Of a stretch of 64,000 nucleotides of DNA, positions 63,981 through 64,000 are shown piece after piece. The notes under the pieces were generated by a model, which saw nothing but the letters and a program-made list of their open reading frames with translations, had not been told where the DNA came from and ran no database searches. Both the position numbers and the translations under genes were made by a program. Each line of letters opens with the position of its first letter. Within the stretch, counting starts at the first letter, position 1. The DNA is from Callorhinchus milii (lineage: Eukaryota): NCBI RefSeq assembly GCF_018977255.1, contig NW_024704743.1:15626001-15690000 (forward strand), in the 5' to 3' direction.

Positions 63981-64000
63981 GGTTCTGGAAGGCATCTGGC

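Overview
Vertebrate genomic DNA containing the 3' three-quarters of a GLI3 gene on the + strand. There are nine coding exons, equivalent to human exons 7-15 (6792-50936). All have canonical GT-AG junctions and join in frame: 3992 nt, about 1330 codons. They encode the SUFU-binding SYGHL motif, five C2H2 zinc fingers, six PKA sites and the C-terminal activation domain. A ~1.4 kb 3' UTR follows. Introns and flanks are dense with L2 and CR1 LINE fragments, tRNA-derived SINEs (a young family and older Deu-core copies), AmnSINE2-like relics and one MITE. This repeat landscape and the protein sequence suggest a cartilaginous fish, possibly a chimaera (inference only). No prokaryotic system, CRISPR array or second protein-coding gene is supported. 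The most interesting signals are a SINE deletion series with a swapped tail, a covarying LINE/SINE 3' stem-loop, nested insertions with target-site duplications, miRNA seed matches in the 3' UTR, a possible intronic-polyadenylation repressor isoform and candidate enhancers. Repeat boundaries are approximate. Family names come from recalled consensus sequences, not from a database search.
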